Source of the DNA: Acidobacteria bacterium 13_1_20CM_3_53_8
Lineage (GTDB): Bacteria; Acidobacteriota; Blastocatellia; Pyrinomonadales; Pyrinomonadaceae
Reading direction: 5' to 3'
DNA length: 64,000 nucleotides
Assembly: GCA_001920415.1 (NCBI GenBank)
Contig: MNJR01000004.1
Span: forward strand, 1,479 to 65,478
Below, in pieces: positions 18,466-26,469 of this stretch. The number at the start of each line of letters is the position of its first letter. The first letter of the stretch is position 1. A model generated the notes under the pieces. It was not told where the DNA came from, did not search any database, and worked only from the letters and a program-made list of their open reading frames with translations. The position numbers and the translations under genes are program-made.

Positions 18466-20979
18466 TTAGTTTATTGCTGAAGATGCGAGTTTGTCATTGA
18501 GTTCGATGATTGTTTCTGAGTCGCTGGCTTCTGCCGCCTGTCGCTGCTGTTTGTGTAGAGATTTGCTGCGGTACATGGCCTGGTCTGCTGCTATCAAGAG
18601 TTGATCCAAAGTTTCGCCGTCAATGCCGTAGGTAGCCGCGCCGACGCTTATGCCTACGCGCGCGTGCTTGTCGGAGCGAACGCGCAAAGAGAACTGTCCT
18701 ATGGCAGATTCTATGCGCTCGCGCAACTCTTCAACCTGATCCGCGAGCAGGTCTTGCACGATTGCGACAAATTCGTCTCCGGCGTAGCGCGCCAGAAAAT
18801 CATATTCGCGCAGTTGCGTATGAAGTATGCGCGCTATCTCGCGCAGCATCTTGTCGCCGACCTTGTGGCCGAACGTGTCGTTGACCTGCTTGAAGCCGTC
18901 AAGGTCAAGCATGATGACCTGGAATGTGTGGCCTGTGCGGCGCGCGCGCGAAGCTTCCTGTTCAAAGCGCAGGTACATGCTGCGCGCGTTCGGCAGAGAC
19001 GTGAGCGCGTCTGTCAAGGCGTTTGACTCAGCCTCTGCGTGCTGCATAGCGTTGGCTAGCGCATCCGAAGCCAGACGTGTGACCGTCTCAAGAAGCCGCA
19101 TGTGATCGTCCGTGTACTCCTTCAACTCCATTGAATAGACAGAGAGAGCGCCCAGGAGCAGGTCGTCTTTGAAGAGCGGCAGCGCAGCCATCGCGTGATA
19201 GCTTTTGCTGTTGGAAGAAAATTCCACGCCGTCGAAATCCAGGCTGGGATGCAGCCGATTTATAGGACGACGATTGGCGAGCGCGAACCCTGTCACGCCT
19301 TCGCCCGGCGCAATGCAACGCCCTTTGAGCGCATCCACGTTTTTCCCCGCGACGTGCGCTGCCGTAGCATATCCTTTTATCTCGTCGTGCAGGTAAACGA
19401 CGCACGTATCGAACGGAACGATGTGGCCGACCTTGTTGACAAGGATAGAGACTGTGTCTTCGATATTGAGGGACGCGCCGAAAGTGCGAGCGATTTCGTA
19501 GAGCGCGTAAACTTCGCGGTGAGCGTTCTTAATCTGATCGTAGGCGAGTGCGGACGCGCGCTCGCGCGATTGATGTATGTCGTCATCTATGAGCGAGCGC
19601 GGCTCAAGCTCTTTTTCAGTCACGCCGTGCTTGTCCAGATTGAGCGCAATCACTTCCCGCTCGAACCTATCAATGTTTTTTACGAAACAATCAACGATCT
19701 TCGGATCGAAGTGCGTGCCTGAGCCGCGAAGAAGCAGCGCGGTGGCCTCGTCGCGCGTCATGCCGCGACGATAGGGGCGGTCTTCGCGCGCAGAGTCGAA
19801 GCAATCAACGACCGCGAGTATTCGCGCCGTCATTGGAATCTGCTCGCCGCGAAGCGCGTCAGGGTAGCCCATGCCGTCCCAGCGCTCGTGATGATGGCGC
19901 ACTATGGGCACGACAGGATACGGGAATTCAACTCGCTCAAGAATCTCCGCGCCTACGGTCGTATGAATCTTCATCTTCTCGAACTCGGCTGTGGTCAAAC
20001 GACCCGGCTTATTCAAGATGTGGTCGGGCACAGCAAGTTTTCCAACGTCGTGCAGAAGCGCGCCCGCCTTCAATGCTTCAATCTCGCCATCTGACAATCC
20101 GAATTCCTGTGCCATTCCTGCCGCGTAGATTTGGACGCGGCGCACGTGGCAGTGCGTCGTCTGATCTTTGGCGTCAATCGCTGTGGCAAGCGCCTCGACC
20201 GTTGCAAGGTGCAGGCGGCTTAACTCGGAAGCTTCGCGCGCCTTCTCGGCCATGCGCTCGAAATAGATTTTGTGCGTAGCGTAGATCGCGGCGATTACGG
20301 GCGCGCTCAGGAAGATGAACAGGAAGCCGAACTGCGCAATGCCCATGTAAACGGCTGCCGCAAGGCAAGCGCCTATGATGAAAGCCAAGCTGGTCCAGAT
20401 GTGATTGTCTCGCCAGAATTGCAAGACCGAGCGACGCGCTTTCAGCGCATACATCGCTGCGACCGCTAATCCGTTACACAAATATTGAATCAAGGTCATC
20501 AATGCCAAAGGCACTATCAACTGCTCGAACTCTATGTGCGCGCCGCCGAGCGGAATCCGATTGATGCCTTCGTAACGTGCGAGCGCAAGGTAAAAGGCCT
20601 GGCCTGAGATGAAGACGGTCGCAGCCATTATCGCCGCACCGCAGAGAAGACTGGGCGCGCGTTTCGTGGCGCGACGCGTGCTGACTAAAGTTTCAACTAT
20701 GCCGAGCAACACGGCTGCCGGAACGCCCAGCAACAGAACGCAAAGGAACGTGAAAGCCTCGCCCGCAGTCATTGTCGCGGTCGTAGTTGGAATGCGTATG
20801 GGATAGGAGCCAGTGACGACTACAAGGCTGAGCAGCGCAAGGAACTGGCCCAACTGCGCAACATTAAAAGAGAGAACGTGCGCGAGCGCCCAAACGGTAA
20901 CGCACGCGCCCAGAACAACCACAGCAGACCAGTAGAATTTAGCCCCGCGATTGTAATCGGACATTTCCAGAAATTTCAC
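18466..20979 (-). CDS. Membrane-bound c-di-GMP turnover protein: multi-TM N-terminus, HD-GYP phosphodiesterase, GAF, and a GGDEF domain with an AGDEF motif
   Basis: HD-GYP region HDVGKLAVPD...HHERWDGMGYPD. A GAF-like segment follows (GEGVTGFALANRRP). The GGDEF domain reads MLDLDGFKQVNDTFGH...RYAGDEFVAIV. Confidence 0.9.
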   Translation of the reverse strand: MKFLEMSDYNRGAKFYWSAVVVLGACVTVWALAHVLSFNVAQLGQFLALLSLVVVTGSYPIRIPTTTATMTAGEAFTFLCVLLLGVPAAVLLGIVETLVSTRRATKRAPSLLCGAAIMAATVFISGQAFYLALARYEGINRIPLGGAHIEFEQLIVPLALMTLIQYLCNGLAVAAMYALKARRSVLQFWRDNHIWTSLAFIIGACLAAAVYMGIAQFGFLFIFLSAPVIAAIYATHKIYFERMAEKAREASELSRLHLATVEALATAIDAKDQTTHCHVRRVQIYAAGMAQEFGLSDGEIEALKAGALLHDVGKLAVPDHILNKPGRLTTAEFEKMKIHTTVGAEILERVEFPYPVVPIVRHHHERWDGMGYPDALRGEQIPMTARILAVVDCFDSAREDRPYRRGMTRDEATALLLRGSGTHFDPKIVDCFVKNIDRFEREVIALNLDKHGVTEKELEPRSLIDDDIHQSRERASALAYDQIKNAHREVYALYEIARTFGASLNIEDTVSILVNKVGHIVPFDTCVVYLHDEIKGYATAAHVAGKNVDALKGRCIAPGEGVTGFALANRRPINRLHPSLDFDGVEFSSNSKSYHAMAALPLFKDDLLLGALSVYSMELKEYTDDHMRLLETVTRLASDALANAMQHAEAESNALTDALTSLPNARSMYLRFEQEASRARRTGHTFQVIMLDLDGFKQVNDTFGHKVGDKMLREIARILHTQLREYDFLARYAGDEFVAIVQDLLADQVEELRERIESAIGQFSLRVRSDKHARVGISVGAATYGIDGETLDQLLIAADQAMYRSKSLHKQQRQAAEASDSETIIELNDKLASSAIN

Positions 20980-21667
20980 CTGCTCGGTCTCCTAAGCTTG
21001 TCGGCTACATCGTGTGGCCTATGAGCTTCAATCTTCGGATTTACAAACCAACTGCGGGAGAAATCTTCACGATCAACTGATCATACGATCTACGATAATC
21101 GTCGCCACATAGCGCACATGCGCGTGATATTCGTTCGCTCGACTTGCCGCGTAATGCTCGCGTATGTCTTTGAATGAATTTTTCACTACGAGCGAATTCG
21201 TTCCGGCCTGCTGACAACTCAACCTGCGCTTTTCTGTGAATCTCACCCTTTAAGGAAATGTCCCCGCGCCGAAGGAGAAAGCCGGGCAAAGGCTTTCGCC
21301 CACGGCGCTTGGGGGACGGGCAAGCGGCGGGCCTTTATGGCATAAGCGGCACTCATTGGAAGAGAACGCGCACGCACCCGCCTGTCTGGGGGCGAGATTT
21401 CGTTCGCTCGCGCACGGGACGCATCGCACTAATGAACAGGCGGTCGGCGCTAGCGTTTTCAAATTCGTGCGGCTCATGGCGGAACTCCGTGCGGTGAGTC
21501 CGCCCGAAGCGCAAAAGTTTTGCGCCTCTAAGCCGCGCCTCCTTTTGATAACAAGCAACGTGCCGCGCCTTCATGAAAATTGATTTGAGTCGCCAAGTCG
21601 AACTTGCGATTCTACTTAACTGAAAAGAGTGAAACTTTCGCGCCAGATAATCTACGCGGGCATCAAT

Positions 21668-21702
21668 CAGTTTGAGCGGTCAAGTTGCGATAGCGGTCAG
21701 GA
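21668..21702. repeat. Solo copy of the 33-nt motif that forms the left flank of the family-H element at 29578
   Basis: cagtttgagcggtcaagttgcgatagcggtcagga compared with cactttgagcgg-caagttgcaatagcggtcaggg at 29578-29612: 2 mismatches and 1 indel. Confidence 0.6.
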
Positions 21703-21816
21703 ATGAAAGATTGCGGAGCGCATGTTCGCTAAAGGCTATTCATCAGTGGCGCGGTAAATGGTGCGAAAAGCTCTAACGGCATTAGGAGAATCTCTGTTCA
21801 CCGGATGTCGCTTTCC

Positions 21817-22758
21817 TCACCTTATCAGATAGCGTTGTTGATAGCGTAGATTGAGACGGCTAGAGTCCCGCGTGAGGTTCACCTGAATGCGTCGCCAGCC
21901 CGGCGCTCTGCTCGGCGAGTAGTAGCTCAGACTATACTGGTTGCTCAAATCCGCATTGATCGTCTCTAGAACTCCGCGTATCTCTTCAAGCGCCGGGAAA
22001 AGAACTAACCCTCCGGTCGCGGCGGCCAACTGGTTCAAGAGTTCCCTGCCGTCATGCTCCCACACGAAGAGGTCATGTTTATGAAGGAGTATCCCTACAG
22101 TGTAGATTGAGGCGCGATGTGTTAGTACCTCTTGCTGGACGTGTGGAAGCCCTGCGTGGCTGGAGTTGTCCTGGCCGTCCGAGAGCAGGACGAGCGCCTT
22201 ATGACGTTGCGCAACTTGCTCCAAAGCACTCAGGCCTAGCAGCAGCGCGTCGTAGAGCGCCGTCTGCCCCGAAGGTTTCAGGCCGCTGAATTTCTGCCAT
22301 AACTCTTCTGCGCCGATTGAACTGGCAATCAGTTGCGGGGCGTCGCTAAAGGCGATTAGCGTGTAATCATTGCCCTCGCGCGCGGTTGTGAGAAACTTTT
22401 TCATTCCGGCCTTCAGGCGCTGCCACTTCTCCCCGCGCATAGAGGATGACATATCCACCACGAAGATGATGCTCGCCGACCCCTGTGTGTTGAAGAAGTC
22501 TAGCCTTACAGGATCGCCTTCGTCTGTTACTAGAAAATCTTCTGCACGAAGCCCTGAGAGATGACGTCCCCTTGCGTCGGTCACGGAGACGTTGACCGTC
22601 ACCAAGGATATATCAACCTTAATCACCTCCTCCGCCTCTTGAGACCGAACAGGAGCACAAGAAAGAGCCATGAGAAGCAGCAGCATCAGCCACCTATTCC
22701 TTGCTAGTCCCATTATCTCTCCCATCTCTTCGGGCAGGATTATTGAAGCCCAAAACAT
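21817..22758 (-). CDS. VWA domain protein (acidobacterial VWFA-related type)
   Basis: MIDAS motif IIFVVDMSSSM; also LLSDGQDNSS and the C-terminal YSLSYYSPSRAPGWRRIQV. Signal peptide present. The start may instead be the internal ATG at 22713. Confidence 0.85.
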   Translation of the reverse strand: MFWASIILPEEMGEIMGLARNRWLMLLLLMALSCAPVRSQEAEEVIKVDISLVTVNVSVTDARGRHLSGLRAEDFLVTDEGDPVRLDFFNTQGSASIIFVVDMSSSMRGEKWQRLKAGMKKFLTTAREGNDYTLIAFSDAPQLIASSIGAEELWQKFSGLKPSGQTALYDALLLGLSALEQVAQRHKALVLLSDGQDNSSHAGLPHVQQEVLTHRASIYTVGILLHKHDLFVWEHDGRELLNQLAAATGGLVLFPALEEIRGVLETINADLSNQYSLSYYSPSRAPGWRRIQVNLTRDSSRLNLRYQQRYLIR

Positions 22759-22844
22759 CGCGCCGCCGTAGGAGGAGTTTCTGGTTCACTCCAGACCTCC
22801 TCCTACGCGCGTCGCCAGACTACTTGAAGATCAAGACTTGCGTT

Positions 22845-24398
22845 TTAAGGGGCGCACTCTGCGTTGGAGTGTGTAACGTCGTTCCCGAACCTGCGCTGGT
22901 ACTCCGCGCTTGTGATGAAGGCACAGACCATAGAGCGATAATTTCCGGGCACGCGATTATTGAGAACATCCAGCCAGAAGTCATAGCCGCTCCGTTCAGG
23001 GTCACGTCTGAGATAGCCGAAATACTGTGTTAGAACGAAAGCTGGATTATACTCTCTCTGCTTGAACTCCGAAATCTCAATAACGTCTCTCAAGACTTGC
23101 GCACGCGTCTTGCCGCTCGTCATCGCTTCTAACTGCTGCTCGCGCTCTTGCGTGTGCGACGCTAGCCCTGCCGTGTCAAATAGCTTGTTGACGAACTCTG
23201 AGTTGGACATGGTTACGGGATACGCTTGCAGGAAAGCGGCGCGCCCAACGAACTCGTTAGCGAAGGCGGTTTTGCGCGCTTCCAAATCGGAGTCACCTAC
23301 GACATGACTTCGATCAGCTAAGAATTCAGCATAGTTCGGCTGACGACCCAAACTTGCTTTGTAGAAGCGATAGACGAAGTAGCCCGTCTCTTGAAACTCC
23401 TGCTCGATGAAGAAGGCTGCCGAAACATCTAGGCGCCGGTCATGGACGCATAGGGCGTTTGAGCCGCACTCTGTGATTCTGCTCTTCCAGTAAGATAGGC
23501 CGCTTGCGTCGGGTTCGCGGCTGAGGAAGTCCAGGTAGTGTTGGCGGACAAAGAATTCAGGGCTATCAATCTGGTTGGAGACCGGCGCCGGGGCAATCGT
23601 TACGTCCTGCATTCGGATCGTATAGGGGCCGGAGCGGAGAGCATCGTTACGGATCGAGTCAACGAACAGGTAAAGAGGAACATTCAATGGAAGGCCCTTC
23701 ATCTGTGCGCTGTCAAGTGTTGCGATACCGGCCGTGGCATACGACAACTCAATCATTGTGCATGGAGAATTTCCTGTACCAGTCGGGCAGCCGCCCCTGC
23801 CGTCTAAGACGTAAACTATGGGGAGGTAAGAGCCGGAAGTCGTAGATACGTCTATCTTGGGATGTGCTCCGAGGCCGGTCAGCGTAAACGAATAAATGTG
23901 GTCGGGCCCAGAAGCTTCATAAGAGTAGTAACAATAAAAAATGGAGTTAGCCCACGTAACCGTATCATTCGCACCGGTCGTATTGCCGGAGTCAATATAA
24001 GGCGACGCGGCTGTATAGTTTCCCCCCGGAATGGCGCGGCCTGGACAGTCATCGTTTCCAGCAAGCGGGGTCAGCACATCATCGAAGTTGCTATTTTGGT
24101 GAGGCAGGCGAAACGCGCTTTGCCGTTTCAGCAATGCCGGATTGCTGAAGCTCATATTCAGCCTCTCACGAAATCTCGCAGTCCGTCCGGCGACGCTCAC
24201 TTCCGGTTGTCTCACTTCCTGTGAGTGTGCCTCTGGTAAGTACGAAGCCAAAATCGCAGGGACTGCCGCAAAAATTGAACAATAGCCCAATTTTTGCCGC
24301 CACTGCTTTAGCGTCGCGGTGAAGATTTCCTGATCTGATGAGCGGTCACCATTTCCAAGAATATCCGGTCGCTTCGAGTTTGTTATTTGGGTTTTCAT
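22845..24398 (-). CDS. Secreted protein with an N-terminal beta-rich domain and three C-terminal DUF4214 repeats
   Basis: Motifs RQHYLDFLSREPDASGLSYWKSRI, FYKASLGRQPNYAEF and YFGYLRRDPERSGYDFWLDVLN. Confidence 0.8.
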   Translation of the reverse strand: MKTQITNSKRPDILGNGDRSSDQEIFTATLKQWRQKLGYCSIFAAVPAILASYLPEAHSQEVRQPEVSVAGRTARFRERLNMSFSNPALLKRQSAFRLPHQNSNFDDVLTPLAGNDDCPGRAIPGGNYTAASPYIDSGNTTGANDTVTWANSIFYCYYSYEASGPDHIYSFTLTGLGAHPKIDVSTTSGSYLPIVYVLDGRGGCPTGTGNSPCTMIELSYATAGIATLDSAQMKGLPLNVPLYLFVDSIRNDALRSGPYTIRMQDVTIAPAPVSNQIDSPEFFVRQHYLDFLSREPDASGLSYWKSRITECGSNALCVHDRRLDVSAAFFIEQEFQETGYFVYRFYKASLGRQPNYAEFLADRSHVVGDSDLEARKTAFANEFVGRAAFLQAYPVTMSNSEFVNKLFDTAGLASHTQEREQQLEAMTSGKTRAQVLRDVIEISEFKQREYNPAFVLTQYFGYLRRDPERSGYDFWLDVLNNRVPGNYRSMVCAFITSAEYQRRFGNDVTHSNAECAP

Positions 24399-24416
24399 TT
24401 TCTTTTCCTTTCCGAA

Positions 24417-25679
24417 TTACAACCCTATCCGGCCAAAATCTGTGGACGGATAGTATCTTGCGAGGCGGCTTACCTGTTCCTTCTGCCGATTCTGAAGACC
24501 CGACAGCCCGCGTCCCGTTACTCCTTTATTGAAACGTATCTTTCGTTCTTCCGATTCGATTTCCCCGATTCTTTGCTCGACACCTCGCCGCGATGCTCCG
24601 AGTCCGTAAAACTCCAGAACCTTTAGAACGCTCGAAGGTTTGTCAGCGATAAGGTCTTCGTAGCTGAGCCAATGAACTTCGAGCCGCTTCTGCTTTTCAG
24701 CCAAGTCCCAAGATGCGACGAACTGGAAATACCAGGGAATTACATTTTCTATGAGCAGATCAATCTTCGTTTCTTCATCCAGATGCGGCCAATCCGCACG
24801 GAAATACGATGTCTGGAACGCGCCTTTGTTATAGAAATCAAGCAGGCTCATCACGGAATCGAAGATATTGCGAACAAGCACCACCGGACGGATTCGGAAG
24901 GCCTGCATCAGGTGAACATTCGCGTCCGATGCACGACAGTGCTGCTGCGTAACGGTATCAAGATGAGCAGACTCTCGAAGTGTGGGCAGGTAAATCTCGT
25001 GTTCACTTTGCCCCGCCGCATAAACCGTGAAAAGATCGCGGTAGCCAGTCATGTTCAGCAGAAGATTCTTGAGAAATGTCGAGGCGCTTTTCGGGACGCA
25101 GGCAATAAAAAGATGCCGTCCCAGCTGCTCCGGCGTTATCTCCGTCGTAAAATCCGAAAGTCTGGCCCGCTGGCCTGTGGCCGCCAGCGAATTTGTCAGA
25201 TTGATATAAGAGCCGGGGCTGGGATAGACCGAGATCGCTTTTCGGCAGCACAAGAGGCTTGCTTCATTCAGGTTGTTTTGGAAGAAAGCGATTCCGAGGC
25301 TCTGGAATTCACCGGCGAATTTATGGAGGAACGTGGAATCTTCAGCCATGTCGCCACGTATCTCCAGCCGCAGCGCCGCACGCAGAAAATCGAGCGCCGT
25401 GGACGTGTCGCCCTTCTTCAGTAGTTGTTCGATCAGAAGCTTATAGCTTAAGAGCAGGTTGTGAACCAGATGGTCGTAAAACGGCTGGTCAACCGTCAAT
25501 TTCTGAAGCGCGCTTTGAAACAGCGTGACCGCCATATCGGCGCTTTCACGTTCTAGGGCTTGACCGCCAAGATCAACCTCTTGCTGCAAAATGCTGTAAA
25601 GGTTTCGGCTCATATGCGGAACATCAATCGTTTTGCCGGATTGCCGAATGAGATGAGATATTGAATCTAATCCCTGCAT
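24417..25679 (-). CDS. TPR-repeat protein fused to a sulfotransferase-like domain
   Basis: N-terminal helical/TPR-like repeats, then FIACVPKSASTFLKNLL (a PAPS 5'-phosphosulfate-binding PKSGTT-like loop), then VLVRNIFDSVMS. It lies 18 nt upstream of the next gene. Confidence 0.7.
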   Translation of the reverse strand: MQGLDSISHLIRQSGKTIDVPHMSRNLYSILQQEVDLGGQALERESADMAVTLFQSALQKLTVDQPFYDHLVHNLLLSYKLLIEQLLKKGDTSTALDFLRAALRLEIRGDMAEDSTFLHKFAGEFQSLGIAFFQNNLNEASLLCCRKAISVYPSPGSYINLTNSLAATGQRARLSDFTTEITPEQLGRHLFIACVPKSASTFLKNLLLNMTGYRDLFTVYAAGQSEHEIYLPTLRESAHLDTVTQQHCRASDANVHLMQAFRIRPVVLVRNIFDSVMSLLDFYNKGAFQTSYFRADWPHLDEETKIDLLIENVIPWYFQFVASWDLAEKQKRLEVHWLSYEDLIADKPSSVLKVLEFYGLGASRRGVEQRIGEIESEERKIRFNKGVTGRGLSGLQNRQKEQVSRLARYYPSTDFGRIGL

Positions 25680-26283
25680 TGTTTTTTCCTCTAGTCATTG
25701 CAAGCGAGGACGCGCCTCATGCTCCACTCACTGCCTTTGATAATTGTGCCGCCCGCACCGAACGTCGGGTCAATTTTCGCCGGACAGCCGGAGAAGCTTG
25801 TGCGTAGGCGAGTCTTGTTGCGCCTAGCACCGGGGTGGTCGCATTATCAAATCAGCAAGTGCCAACATCTGCCGCCCTCTATCTACATATGCGAGGATTG
25901 CGCCCGAAACCTCTAACCGATAATTGCCTTTCCCTAATTACTATGAAGGGGTCAAGCAAAACGTTTCCTTCGGTCTGCTTCGGTGACAAACTGAAGAATG
26001 GATCAGCCACAGTGTTCCGACTCATCAACGAGACCAATGTGAGCGCCAGAGCGAATAGCTTTCGAGCGCCACTTAGCTTTCTCATACAAAACTCGCCTCA
26101 AATGTGGGGCAGGCATCTTGCGTCTCTACCTGCTCATGCGAGAATTAAAATAAGAGCACACAGGGCTGATGCTTTTTAAAAATCTCTTCATCCATTAACG
26201 CGGATAACAGAGAGAGTGTGTGCCAGGCTTATAGAAAGTTTCTGTGAGAATGTCTCTTCTCTAAAGCGGAAGATTTCATTGAC

Positions 26284-26469
26284 TTGGCGCGGCTTCGCGC
26301 CCTATGCTCTCGACTGCCAGTGATGATGTTCTTCCTTATCCGCTCTGCGGGAGATTCCCACATGACGACTCCCTTATCAGAGAACGTGACAGACCTGCTC
26401 CACGACTGGAATGTAGCGAAAGCATGGCTGCGGCGCGAGATTACAAAGGTGAATCGCAATGACCTCTGA
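26284..26469 (+). pseudogene. Possible remnant of an ECF (ECF43/TIGR02999-like) sigma factor, with only a region-4.2-like tail left
   Basis: ...SENVTDLLHDWNVAKAWLRREI resembles the conserved ..S.RTV.RDW..ARAWLRREL tail of sigma factors that normally precede this kinase type. It overlaps the kinase start by 11 nt, and no intact sigma ORF lies upstream. Confidence 0.3.

Noticed and set aside
21240-21560. Known structured RNAs (RNase P RNA, tmRNA, SRP RNA, 6S RNA, c-di-GMP riboswitch) in the ORF-free region upstream of the c-di-GMP enzyme gene
   Set aside because: I could not find the diagnostic conserved strings on either strand: GAGGAAAGTCCGGGC for RNase P, a GGGG...UCCACCA frame with a tag ORF for tmRNA, AGGUCCGGAAGGAAGCAGC for SRP RNA, or GGCAAACC/ACGCAAAGCC for GEMM-I. 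The only loose match was GGGCGAAAGCC. The region is kept as an unclassified candidate.
25879-26085. 68-aa minus-strand ORF with a signal-peptide-like N-terminus (MRKLSGARKLFALALTLVSLMS..) and a GAGG upstream
   Set aside because: It is short, has no recognisable family, and overlaps the region that may be a decayed ECF sigma gene on the other strand. I cannot tell it apart from a chance ORF without conservation or expression data.
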